Assembly (NCBI GenBank): GCA_937870845.1
Contig: CALMZR010000175.1
Coordinates: forward strand, 1 to 51,699
Length of the DNA: 51,699 nt
Source: an uncultured Chloroflexota bacterium
GTDB taxonomy: Bacteria > Chloroflexota > Chloroflexia > Thermomicrobiales > UBA6265
Direction of reading: 5' to 3'
How positions within the stretch are numbered: the first letter of the stretch is position 1; the number at the start of each line of letters is the position of its first letter. This document shows positions 8,523 to 17,454 of this stretch, one piece after another. Both the position numbers and the translations under genes were made by a program. Under the pieces are notes generated by a model that had not been told where the DNA came from, searched no databases, and worked only from the letters and a program-made list of their open reading frames with translations.

Positions 8523-9614
8523 ATGGCGTCGATCGTGGCGCACGAACGGGAGCTGACGTGCGAACCGGAAATTGGGAATCTGGATACGGACGCCAGAGAA
8601 CAGACGGACGATCTGACGATTGCCGCCGCCGTCGATATTTTTTTCGCCGACCTCCGCCTCGCGCCGCGCTCGAAAAAGACGTATGGGCACGGGATCGCCA
8701 AGTTCCTTCGCCATCTCGCGCAGCATGAGGGGATCGACCCGGAGCAAGCGGCAGTGACGGCGTTGCGGCCCGAGCATGTCACCTCGTTTGCCTCGATGTT
8801 GGTGCCGCCGGATATCCGGACGCCGGAAGAGGTCTCGCAGATGCGCACCGCCCAGAACAACATCTCGGCGGTGCGAAAATTCTGCTCGTACCTGTCGAGC
8901 TACGAACTGAACGCCGAGCTGGCGGGGGATCGGATCAAGACGCGCATCGCGGCGATGATGCCGCGTTTCACCGCGCCGCCGCCCGATGTGAAGCTCTCGG
9001 ACCTGGATCGGATCGTGGCGTTTGTGGACCAACTGCCGCGGGAGGAGAAACCGGGTCAGGAGTTGAGACGCCTCAAGGTGCGGGCGATGATTCGGTTTCT
9101 GTTTCGCTCCGGCGTGCGTGTCTCCGAGCTGTGCGCCCTGCGTCGCCGCGACGTCGACCTTGTCGAGGGGGCGGCCAATATCTATCGCGCCAAGGGCGGC
9201 AAGAGCCGGACGGTCCACTTCGACGGGGAGACCGCGGCGGCGCTGACGGCATACTGGGCGAAGCGCGGCGATCCGGCGCGCGGGGCCGGGGCGCTGCCGG
9301 CTTTCAGCGGGCGGGATAGAATTGGCGTTCCGGGCTCCGCGATCAGCCCGCGCACCGTCGAGCACATCGTGGCGCAGTTGGCGGAGGGCGCGGGGGTCGA
9401 GAGCGACGTGACGCCCCATTCTTTCCGGCATGGGCTGGCGACCGAGCTGGTGCGCCGGCGCGTGCGGGAGTCGACGGTGCAAACGATCCTTGGCCATGCT
9501 TCACCCGCGACGACCCGCATCTACGTCCATAAGTCCGCCGTCGAGGTTGCGGACGAGTATCAGGACGCGTTTGGGCCCTATCGTCCTCCTCGGGCGTCTG
9601 CGGCGGAGGTCTAA
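8523..9614 (+). CDS. Tyrosine recombinase, XerC/XerD-like
   Basis: Complete catalytic set: SGVRVSEL (R), AKGGK (K), TPHSFRH (HxxR), ILGHAS (H), TTRIY (Y); N-terminal SAM-like domain LAPRSKKTY. Confidence 0.92.
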   Translation: MASIVAHERELTCEPEIGNLDTDAREQTDDLTIAAAVDIFFADLRLAPRSKKTYGHGIAKFLRHLAQHEGIDPEQAAVTALRPEHVTSFASMLVPPDIRTPEEVSQMRTAQNNISAVRKFCSYLSSYELNAELAGDRIKTRIAAMMPRFTAPPPDVKLSDLDRIVAFVDQLPREEKPGQELRRLKVRAMIRFLFRSGVRVSELCALRRRDVDLVEGAANIYRAKGGKSRTVHFDGETAAALTAYWAKRGDPARGAGALPAFSGRDRIGVPGSAISPRTVEHIVAQLAEGAGVESDVTPHSFRHGLATELVRRRVRESTVQTILGHASPATTRIYVHKSAVEVADEYQDAFGPYRPPRASAAEV

Positions 9615-9631
9615 GGCGCCGCGCGACGGCC

Positions 9632-9720
9632 GTGATGTATCGAGCGCGGAGCGGGATCTCGTGCTCCCCTCGTACTGGAGTCCGGCGGCGCCGAGATTCC
9701 TCCTTCGTCGGAATGACACG
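9632..9720. repeat. GTCATTCC/GGAATGAC REP-like hairpin, family A copy 1
   Basis: Right arm GCGCCGAGATTCCTCCTTCGTCGGAATGACACG; left arm degenerate. Confidence 0.8.
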
Positions 9721-9723
9721 GGG

Positions 9724-10392
9724 GTGGCGCGCCGCGTCAACGCTGGCTCGCTTGGGCTTCTCCTCGTGGCGGCGTTGCTGCTCGTGGGATGCTCGTCGGG
9801 CGCGGCGGTCGATGCCTATCGCGATCAGGCGCGGGACGCCGGGCTGGAAGACACGCTGGCGGCGGCGCAGGCGACACGGACGGTGCAGCGGTACTTCCCG
9901 GCGACGGGAACGCCGGCGCCGACTAAAGCGCCGGCTCCCGCGCTGGGCGGGCTGGCTATCACCTTCGGGTTTCGCCCGGATGGGACACCGGACGGCAGCT
10001 ATGCCAGCGTTCCGGCGGGGGTTGGGACCGCCTACGCCGCGGTGCGGTTGACGGGTGTTTCGGCGGGGCAGGTCGTGAAGGTGGTGGTGACGGACGCGTG
10101 GGGGAACGAGGTGGCGGCGCCCGAAGCGGCCATCGACCCCGGTTCGTCCGATCGCTGGCTGGCGCTGCCGATCGGGCTTCCGCCCGAGTTACAGACGGGG
10201 CAGTACGGGTTGTTCGTTTTCGCTGACGATCATCCGCTGGGATCGCTTTCGTTCGGGGTGACGGGTGTGGGGACTTCCGCGCAGTTGTTTCCCGAGCTGC
10301 CGGCCAATCCTCGGGTGCGTTCGACGCAGCCGCCGCCGGGCGCGGCTCCAGGCGAAGGGCAGCCGGCGCCGACGGTAGCTCCGGCGGCGTAA
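9724..10392 (+). CDS. Hypothetical lipoprotein
   Basis: Basic n-region, hydrophobic h-region and lipobox LVGC; Pro/Thr linker, beta-rich domain, Pro-rich tail. Start inferred at GTG 9724. Confidence 0.75.
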   Translation: MARRVNAGSLGLLLVAALLLVGCSSGAAVDAYRDQARDAGLEDTLAAAQATRTVQRYFPATGTPAPTKAPAPALGGLAITFGFRPDGTPDGSYASVPAGVGTAYAAVRLTGVSAGQVVKVVVTDAWGNEVAAPEAAIDPGSSDRWLALPIGLPPELQTGQYGLFVFADDHPLGSLSFGVTGVGTSAQLFPELPANPRVRSTQPPPGAAPGEGQPAPTVAPAA

Positions 10393-10397
10393 GGGCG

Positions 10398-10426
10398 TTG
10401 CGGGGCAGTCGGCCCGGTCATACAAT
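10398..10426 (+). promoter_or_regulatory. sigma70-type promoter of the aquaporin gene
   Basis: TTGCGG-N17-TACAAT. Confidence 0.6.
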
Positions 10427-10502
10427 CCGGCGCGGGGAGCCGCTGGCCAGAACGTGACACACGGATGGACCAGGGCGGGATGGTGCGACGGGGGAGGGGA
10501 GC

Positions 10503-11312
10503 GTGATCGAGCGGGATTTGTGGAAAGCCGCGGTTGCGGAGTTCGTTGGGCCATTCACCCTCGTCGTGGCGGGCGTCGGAGCCATCATCTCGACGCAGAA
10601 CCTGGGCGACGGCGGGAATCTGGTGGCGGTGGCGCTGGCGCACGGTCTGGCGATCGGATTGATGGTCGCGGCGCTCGGCCACATCTCCGGCGGGCACTTC
10701 AATCCCGCCGTCACGATTGCGATGCTGGCGGCCGGCGAAGTGAGCCTCACCCGCGCCATCGGCTACATTGTCGCCCAGTTGCTGGGCGGCCTGGCCGGAG
10801 CCGGAATTTTGACAGTGATCTTTCCGGCGCTCGGTGAGATGGGCCGCAACAACATTGGGGTGAACCTGGGGTTGCCGGGGCTGGGGCCGGACGTGACCGT
10901 CGGCGGCGCGGTGCTCATGGAAGTCCTGATGACGTTCTTCCTGGTGCTGGTGATTTTCGGCACGGCGGTCGATCCGCGTGGGCCACGCGCGATCGCGGGA
11001 TTGGCGATCGGGCTTACGATCACGATGGACATTTTGGCTGGCGGGCGCGTGACGGGGGCGGCCATGAACCCGGCGCGGGCGTTTGGGCCGGCGGTGGTGC
11101 AGCAGGACTTCACGAACTGGTGGATCTACTGGGTAGGGCCGATTATCGGCGGCGTGATCGCGGCGTTCGCGTTCAAGTATTTCTGGCTGGGACAGGCCGG
11201 GCCGGCGGCGCCCGTGCTGCGGCGACGGCCAGACCAGGAGGCCGAGCTGGCCCCGCCTGAGGTGCAGCCGACTGCGCAGCCGTCGCGGCGCAGGAGCAGC
11301 AAGCGGCGGTAG
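10503..11312 (+). CDS. MIP family channel (aquaporin)
   Basis: AEFVG, HISGGHFNPAVT and GAAMNPARAFGPA (two NPA boxes), WIYWVGPIIG. Confidence 0.96.
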   Translation: MIERDLWKAAVAEFVGPFTLVVAGVGAIISTQNLGDGGNLVAVALAHGLAIGLMVAALGHISGGHFNPAVTIAMLAAGEVSLTRAIGYIVAQLLGGLAGAGILTVIFPALGEMGRNNIGVNLGLPGLGPDVTVGGAVLMEVLMTFFLVLVIFGTAVDPRGPRAIAGLAIGLTITMDILAGGRVTGAAMNPARAFGPAVVQQDFTNWWIYWVGPIIGGVIAAFAFKYFWLGQAGPAAPVLRRRPDQEAELAPPEVQPTAQPSRRRSSKRR

Positions 11313-11321
11313 CTCTCACGT

Positions 11322-11433
11322 CGTGTCATTCCGACGATCGGAGGCATCTCGGCGTTCTTGAGAAGGCGTGCGGGTGGCGCCGAGATTCCTCGCTGCGCTC
11401 GGAATGACACGAGGCTGGGCGCGGAATGACACG
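11322..11433. repeat. REP-like hairpin, family A copy 2 (most complete, with an extra tandem end)
   Basis: CGTGTCATTCCGACGATCGGAGGCATCTCGGCG...CGCCGAGATTCCTCGCTGCGCTCGGAATGACACG...CGGAATGACACG, between convergent genes. Confidence 0.88.
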
Positions 11434-11464
11434 ACTTGGCGACGGCGTCGCCTCCTGACCGCTG

Positions 11465-11905
11465 TTAGCGGCGGGATGGTTTCCAGTCCTTGCGGATGGT
11501 GTCGCGGATTTCTTCGTACTTGCGGCCCTGGGCGAGGGCGTCGCGGATGGCGGGCTGGAAGACGACCTCGTAGAACTCCGGGCCCATGCGCTCGACGATC
11601 TCGTGGTCGAAGGTCTCGTCGGTTTGCAGCTCGCCATCGAGGGCGCGGAACTTCTGGTCGCCTTCGCCGCCGAAGCGATCGCCGGCTGAGGCATTGCGGT
11701 CGGGGCGGGATTTCTTGTCCGAGTGCGATTTCTTGGAGGCGCCGCCGAAGCGGCGGCTGGCGACGATCTTGGCGATGCGGATGCCGTAGCCTTTGGCCAC
11801 GTCGTCCGGCTCGCCGTGGGCGAGGGCTTCGAGGCGCTTGGTCTCGGCGAAAACGTCAAAGCGACGGATCGGTTGGATCGGACGGAGGTCGGATTCGGCG
11901 GTCAT
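11465..11905 (-). CDS. Hypothetical protein
   Basis: 146-aa ORF with AGGAG RBS, protein-like composition, co-directional downstream of nagB; no family recognised. Confidence 0.75.
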   Translation of the reverse strand: MTAESDLRPIQPIRRFDVFAETKRLEALAHGEPDDVAKGYGIRIAKIVASRRFGGASKKSHSDKKSRPDRNASAGDRFGGEGDQKFRALDGELQTDETFDHEIVERMGPEFYEVVFQPAIRDALAQGRKYEEIRDTIRKDWKPSRR

Positions 11906-11949
11906 GGCGGCTGTGTCTCCTGACGAGATGGATTGCGCGGGGGAGCGGC

Positions 11950-12714
11950 CTATTTGCGGGTTGAGCCAAGCCTGGAGGCGGCGTCCTCGTCGGCGATGAC
12001 GTGGAGGCGGGCGCCGGCCGTGCGCAGCCAGGAGGCGGGGACGTCGGCGCTCATCGGGTCTGCGAGGACGCGGCGGAGCATCTCGGCTTTGGCGTCCCCG
12101 GAGACGAGGAGGACGATGCGCTTCGCTTCGAGGAGCGTTCCGACGCCGATCGTGACCGCGGTGTGCGGGATGCTGACCTCGCCCTCCCAGTAGGCGGCGG
12201 CCTGGGCGATCGACTCGGGGGTGAGGTCAACGACGCGGGTGCGGGAGTCTACGGGCGAGCCGGGCTCGTTATAGGCGATGTGGCCGTTGGGGCCGAGGCC
12301 GAGGAGCGCGAGGTCGAGGCCGCCGAGCGCGGCGAGAGCGTGTTCGTAGGCTTCCGTCGCGGCGGAGAGATCGTCGGCGGTGGCTGGCAGGGCGTGGACG
12401 TGCCCGGAAGGGATGCCGACGCGGTCGATGAGGGCGTCTTGCAGCCACCCGGTGAGGCTGTTCGGATCGTCGGGGGAGACGCCGACATACTCGTCGAGGC
12501 AGAAGAGCTGGATGCGGGAGAGGTCGACCGCGCCGCGGGAGACGCGTTGGGCCAGCACGTCGAACATGCCGAGCGGGGTGCTTCCGGTGGGGACGCTGAT
12601 GACGGCGTCGGGTTTGGCCGCGACGGTCTCGGCGACGATGTCGGCGGCGGCCTCGCTCATGGCCCTGGCGTCGGGAACGACGGTGAGCTTCCAACGATCG
12701 ACGGCGGTGTTCAT
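11950..12714 (-). CDS. nagB: Glucosamine-6-phosphate deaminase
   Basis: VPTGSTP, LDEYVG, GGLDLALLGLGPNGHIAYNEPG, SRTRVVDL, AVTIGVGT, PASWL. Alternative TTG start at 12723. Confidence 0.93.
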   Translation of the reverse strand: MNTAVDRWKLTVVPDARAMSEAAADIVAETVAAKPDAVISVPTGSTPLGMFDVLAQRVSRGAVDLSRIQLFCLDEYVGVSPDDPNSLTGWLQDALIDRVGIPSGHVHALPATADDLSAATEAYEHALAALGGLDLALLGLGPNGHIAYNEPGSPVDSRTRVVDLTPESIAQAAAYWEGEVSIPHTAVTIGVGTLLEAKRIVLLVSGDAKAEMLRRVLADPMSADVPASWLRTAGARLHVIADEDAASRLGSTRK

Positions 12715-12846
12715 CCCTGCCAACTGGCTCCCTGGCTCGACGGCGCGGACACGACTTTGGCAGCATCATAGCCGAGGGCGAGCGGTCTGGGCGGCGACGA
12801 ACGAGGAATTGGGGAGGCAGGCATTCTGACTTCGACCAGGCAGAGA

Positions 12847-13959
12847 TTGAACGAGGCGTTACGGCTCGTCGACGAATGGGTTGGGCCGCAGGGGCCGCAG
12901 GGAGTCGGCGCGGCGGTGTGGCATCGCGGCGAGGTGGTCGCCGAGCGCGTCGCCGGCGAGGCGGGACCGGGGGAGCCGGTGACGCCGGAGACGTTGTTCG
13001 CGCTGGCCTCGGTGACGAAGCCGATCGCGGCGGCGACGGTGATGGCGCTCGTCGAGCAGGGTGCTGTGTCGCTGGACGAGCCGGTGGGCCGAATCGTGCC
13101 GGAGTTTCGGGCCGGCCCGCAGGCAGGCGCCGAGGGGGTCGATCCGGTGCTGGAGCGGTTACGGCCGAGCATTTCAGCGCGTCAGCTGCTGTGTCATGTT
13201 TCGGGTTTGCCGGAGGACATTGGAACGCGGGAGACGCGGTATGAGGAGATGGTTCCGATCGAGTCGGTCATCGACGCCTACTGCCGATTGCCGCTGTCGT
13301 CGGCGCCTGGGGCCGAGCTTCGGTACTCGAATGCGGGGTATGGGGTGCTGGCGCGGGTGGCCGAGCGGGTGAGTGGCCGGCCGTTCTGGGCGCTAACGGA
13401 TGATGCCGTGCTGTCGCCCCTCGGGCTGAGCGACATCGTCGCCAACCCTGCCGGGCAGGTGCTCGATCGAGTCGCTCAGCTCTCTGACACCAGCCACGCC
13501 GGGACGGAGGTCGAGTCGTACAACAGCGCGTACTGGCGCGGTCTAGCGCTGCCGTGGGGAGGACTTTTCGGGACGGCGCGAGAGGCCGCGCGATTCGCCG
13601 CGGCGTTTCTTCCTTCTGGCGAACGGTTTCTTTCCGAGGTTGGCGTGGCGATGATGACCAATGACCAGACGCTCGAAGTTCCGGGCGGCGTCGAGAGCGC
13701 GAAGGTGCGCTGGGATCCAGGCGCGTGGGGTCTGGGATGGGAGGTCAAGGGCGGCAAGCGGCGGCATTGGAGCGGAGACATGACCTCGTCGCGGACGTTT
13801 TGCCATTTTGGCCACGCGGGGACGCTGCTTTGGGGCGACCCGGAGCAGGATCTGGCGCTTGCGGTGTTCTGCAACCGAACGGTGACGCACATGTGGGCGT
13901 TCATCCTGACGAGATGGGCGCGGCTGAGCAATGCGGTTGTGGCCGCGGCCAGCCGCTGA
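12847..13959 (+). CDS. Serine hydrolase, beta-lactamase/AmpC-like family
   Basis: FALASVTK (SxxK), LLCHVSGL, YSNAGY (YxN), HFGHAGT; no signal peptide. Confidence 0.9.
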   Translation: MNEALRLVDEWVGPQGPQGVGAAVWHRGEVVAERVAGEAGPGEPVTPETLFALASVTKPIAAATVMALVEQGAVSLDEPVGRIVPEFRAGPQAGAEGVDPVLERLRPSISARQLLCHVSGLPEDIGTRETRYEEMVPIESVIDAYCRLPLSSAPGAELRYSNAGYGVLARVAERVSGRPFWALTDDAVLSPLGLSDIVANPAGQVLDRVAQLSDTSHAGTEVESYNSAYWRGLALPWGGLFGTAREAARFAAAFLPSGERFLSEVGVAMMTNDQTLEVPGGVESAKVRWDPGAWGLGWEVKGGKRRHWSGDMTSSRTFCHFGHAGTLLWGDPEQDLALAVFCNRTVTHMWAFILTRWARLSNAVVAAASR

Positions 13960-13979
13960 CGCCCGCCTCCAGGCCGTGG

Positions 13980-14931
13980 GCCCGGCGGCTCGGCTTCGCG
14001 GTGAAGGTTGTGGGGCGGCCCGGGTTCAAGAATCACGACGGGCGGAGGTGGCGGAACGAGCCGCATCTGCGCGTCAGCCTCGAATTTCTGGATCGCATCT
14101 TCGGCTACTTGGCTGAACGAGAGATCCGGATGCACCGGGTGTCATCGGACATCGCGCCATACGCGGCCCGCCCGGCATTGCCCCAATTCCACGGACAGAT
14201 CGGCGAGTGCCGTGACGAGCTGTCGGCGCTGGGTGAGAAAGCGCGGCGCCTCGACCTGCGAATGTCGATGCACTCGGCGTAGAACATCGTACTCAATACG
14301 CCGCACGAGCGGGTCGCGGAGGCGTCTGTGCAGGATTTCGCGCTTCACGCGGCGTTTCTGGATGCCCTGAACGGCGGGCTCGAGCGAAGATCGTCACGCA
14401 CGTCGCTGGGTGTACGGGGATCGGGAGGCGGCCGCGGATCGATTTGTGGCACGATACCTTTCTTTGCCAGAGGCGGTGCGTCGCCGGTTGGTTCTCGAGA
14501 ACAGCGAGGTTTCGTCGTCGGCGGCCGAGGCGCCGGCGATCCATGAGCGAACGGGCGTGCCGCTGGTGTTCGACAACCTCCACCATCGAGTCAACAATCC
14601 GGCTGGCTGGGGTGACAGCGCCGCAATGCGCGTCTTTCTCGCCACATGGCCGCAAGGGCAGACGCCCAAGATCCACTTTTCCAGTCAACGGGCGTCAGAA
14701 CGCACCGTCGTGCGGAGAGATCACACACCCGGCGTGCAGATGGCGGCGGCCATGCCGCCGAGGCCGGAACAGCACGATGACGTTGTCGATGCGCAGGAGT
14801 TTGTGGCGCTCGTCGGTGCTGTCCAGGACATCGAATTCGACGTGATGCTGGAAGCCAAACAGAAGGATTTGGCGATACTGCGCCTTCGAGAGGATCTTGC
14901 CGCTATCGGGCAGAGCGAACTGGCCTGGTGA
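13980..14931 (+). pseudogene. uvsE: UV-damage endonuclease (UvsE/UvdE) pseudogene
   Basis: RLGFAVKV, IRMHRVSSDIAP, RMSMHSA*NIVLN (TAG at 14280-14282), two -1 shifts (about 14384 and 14410) around AKIVTHVA, then VYGDR, RRLVLEN, PLVFDNLHH, TWP..TPKIHFSS, DVMLEAKQKDLA. No start codon in the expected place. Confidence 0.88.
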
Positions 14932-15086
14932 CGCACGCGGCTACGATGTCGATCCGCTCTCGACGGTAGTTGACAGGTGAAATCGGCATCGGTACCGTAG
15001 CGTCGCAGAGTGGCAATTGTCGGGGCGGCTGCGCGACGGGCCGCGAGTGTGTCGCGCCGCGCGGCAGCGCGAGGAGGCAGCGAAGA

Positions 15087-16364
15087 GTGACCGGAGAGAA
15101 TGCTCGTCTGTCAGCTCTAGTGTCCGAAGCGATCGAGAGCCGGCTTTCGCGGCGGGAGATCGTACGCCGTGGCGCGGCGTTGGGCCTGGCCGGCTCGGCG
15201 ATCAGTGCTGCGTTGACCCGCATTGAACGGGCGACGGCGGCAGCGCAGGATGGACCCGTCCAAGTCAGCATCGTCAACCAGGAGATGACTCGGGACGACA
15301 TCATCGCCGCCATCCAGGCCGAGGGCGAGGTCAACGTCGGCAACTGGACCTATACTGCCAACGACACCCTCATCGCCCAGTTCCAGCAGTACGTCAGCGA
15401 CACCTACGGGGTGGACATCACCCTCAACTACCAGGCGAGCCAGGCGCCGAGCACCTACATCACCAATCTCTACACGGCGTTGCAGAGCGGAAACCCGCCG
15501 TCGCTCGACGTTATGGCGATCGAGGAGAACTTCCTGGCGGAGGCGCTGTCGCAGCCGGAGCCGGTGGCGGAGGAGTTTCTGCCGTCGGGGCTCGTGCCGA
15601 ACGCCGAGCGGACGCTGGAGATGTTCCAGCAGTTCCCGTATGGCGTCGGATTTCAAGCGTCGGCGACTCCGGGAATCGTCTTCGACCGGGAACGGGCGCC
15701 GTTCATCGAGAACTATACGGATTTGGCCGATGAGCGGCTCCGACAGCGGCTTACGATGCCCCTGCCCGGGGACATCACCAGCGGCGGAATCCTGATGGGC
15801 ATTGCTGCGGCCCTGGATCTCGACTATCAGGTTTCGGCGGAGATGACTGAGGCGATCGACTTCGCGATCGAAGCGATCCACCCGAACGTTCTCCAATACA
15901 CGACCGACAGCGCCACCATGCAGCAGTTGCTGCGCGGGGGTGTGGTGGACGCCGTCGGTTTCTGGAACAGCCTGGCGCGGATGGAGTTCCTGAACGGGCA
16001 GGCCAACACGGCGTTCATGCTCGCGCCATCCGGGCAGTTCCTGGCCAATGGCTACATGTGGATCCCCAAGGGGACACCGCACCCGGTGCTGGCGCAAATC
16101 TTCGTCGACTGGCGGCTGAGCGACGAGGCGCAGTTCCCGCCGGAGAGCTGGGGGCTGGAGCCGGGGCCGTGGGCGGAGCTGAACGAGGGGATCCTCGGCG
16201 AGTCGTACGCGGAGCTGATTCCGGAGTGGTTCGCGGAGGATTATTTCACGTACTACCCGACGATCGAGCAGCTTTCGACGAGCTACCGGTCGGTCGACTG
16301 GGACTACTACGCCGAGCACGTGGGCGAGTGGATGGACTACTACGCCCAGGGGATCGGGCAGTAG
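15087..16364 (+). CDS. ABC transporter substrate-binding protein (PotD/AfuA/thiamine-type), Tat signal
   Basis: GTG with GGAGG RBS; LSRREIVRRGAALGL..AAAQ signal; IPKGTPHPVLAQIFVDW..SDEAQ motif; precedes two permeases and an ATPase. Confidence 0.85.
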   Translation: MTGENARLSALVSEAIESRLSRREIVRRGAALGLAGSAISAALTRIERATAAAQDGPVQVSIVNQEMTRDDIIAAIQAEGEVNVGNWTYTANDTLIAQFQQYVSDTYGVDITLNYQASQAPSTYITNLYTALQSGNPPSLDVMAIEENFLAEALSQPEPVAEEFLPSGLVPNAERTLEMFQQFPYGVGFQASATPGIVFDRERAPFIENYTDLADERLRQRLTMPLPGDITSGGILMGIAAALDLDYQVSAEMTEAIDFAIEAIHPNVLQYTTDSATMQQLLRGGVVDAVGFWNSLARMEFLNGQANTAFMLAPSGQFLANGYMWIPKGTPHPVLAQIFVDWRLSDEAQFPPESWGLEPGPWAELNEGILGESYAELIPEWFAEDYFTYYPTIEQLSTSYRSVDWDYYAEHVGEWMDYYAQGIGQ

Positions 16365-16381
16365 CGGCGTGTATTGCGGCT

Positions 16382-16424
16382 AACCCTCACCCCAACCCCT
16401 CTCCCTGTGCGCAGGGAGAGGGGC
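16382..16424. repeat. CCCTCACCCC...GGGAGAGGG palindromic element
   Basis: AACCCTCACCCCAACCCCTCTCCCTGTGCGCAGGGAGAGGGGC hairpin directly after the SBP stop; single copy in the window. Confidence 0.6.
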
Positions 16425-16549
16425 TCGCGATGCGACCTCGCCCCTGACCCGGGGCCAGGCTTCCCGCGCTAGGGAGGACCGCCTGGATTGAGTCGCGTTG
16501 AAGATGCCGCTCTTTAAGGCAAACAACCCGGACGCGAGTCCATGAGCAC

Positions 16550-17446
16550 ATGACACACGCCCCTGCGGAAGTTGCCATCGAGTACCACATCGCCGAGAGC
16601 GAGGCGCGACGGCGCTTCGGCTCGCCGCGATTAAAGGGGCTGGCGCTGCTGGCCCCGGCAGTGGTGGTCGCGGTGCTCTTTTCGTTGATTCCGCTCGCCT
16701 ACCTGTTTCAGGTGAGCTTGACGCAGGACTCGTCGTTCTTCTTTACCGCGCAGTACACGCTCGACAACTACCGAGAGGTTTTCAGCCGCTACCGGTCGGC
16801 AATCGTGGTAACGGTCTATCTGGCGGCGATGGCGTCGCTGATCGATCTGGTGTTCGGGTATCCGTTCGCGTACATCCTGGTGCGCAAGATCCGCTATCGC
16901 GAGTTTGTGCGCACGATGATGACGTTCCCGCTCTTCGGGCCGCTCTACCTGGCGTTCGGGTTATTTTACATCCTGCTGCCGAATGGGCCGCTGGGGCCGC
17001 TCTTCACCATGCTCGATATCAACGTGGCCCAGTACCTCTTTTCGCAGGCGGCGGTGCTCTTTTCGATGGCGGTGTTCACCTTCCCGTTCATGGTGATGAA
17101 CATTGGCGCGGCGCTCTCGAACGTCGATCCGATGCTGGAGGAGGCGGCCAAGACGCTCGGGGCCAAGCCGTGGCAGACGTTCGTGCGCGTCCTGTTCCCG
17201 TTGAGCTGGAGCGGGATCGTGGCGGGGTTCCTGATGTGCCTCGGGTGGAACCTGGGCGTGTTTGCGCAGCCACAGTTGCTCGGCTCGCCGGCGGAGCAGG
17301 CGGTGCTGTCCATCCAGATGTTCAACAAGGGGCTGGTGCAGTTCAACTACGGGCTCGCGGCGGCGCTGGGCATCCTGCTGATGGTGATGGCGTTCGCCGT
17401 GACCTGGATCTCGTTGCGGTTTTCGCGCGGGGCGCTGGGAGCGTAG
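16550..17446 (+). CDS. ABC transporter permease (PotB-like)
   Basis: YTLDNY, FGYPFAY, EAA loop LEEAAKTLGA..WQTFVRV.FPL, NYGLAAALG. Confidence 0.9.
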   Translation: MTHAPAEVAIEYHIAESEARRRFGSPRLKGLALLAPAVVVAVLFSLIPLAYLFQVSLTQDSSFFFTAQYTLDNYREVFSRYRSAIVVTVYLAAMASLIDLVFGYPFAYILVRKIRYREFVRTMMTFPLFGPLYLAFGLFYILLPNGPLGPLFTMLDINVAQYLFSQAAVLFSMAVFTFPFMVMNIGAALSNVDPMLEEAAKTLGAKPWQTFVRVLFPLSWSGIVAGFLMCLGWNLGVFAQPQLLGSPAEQAVLSIQMFNKGLVQFNYGLAAALGILLMVMAFAVTWISLRFSRGALGA

Positions 17447-17454
17447 GGTTCGAG

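Noticed and set aside
8523-11433. Integrative or invertible element around the tyrosine recombinase
   Set aside because: No tRNA, att-like direct repeats or mobile cargo found; the nearby repeats belong to a dispersed family.
14280-14282. In-frame TAG in uvsE as pyrrolysine or readthrough
   Set aside because: It is accompanied by two frameshifts and a lost start, and TAG is an ordinary stop elsewhere in the window.
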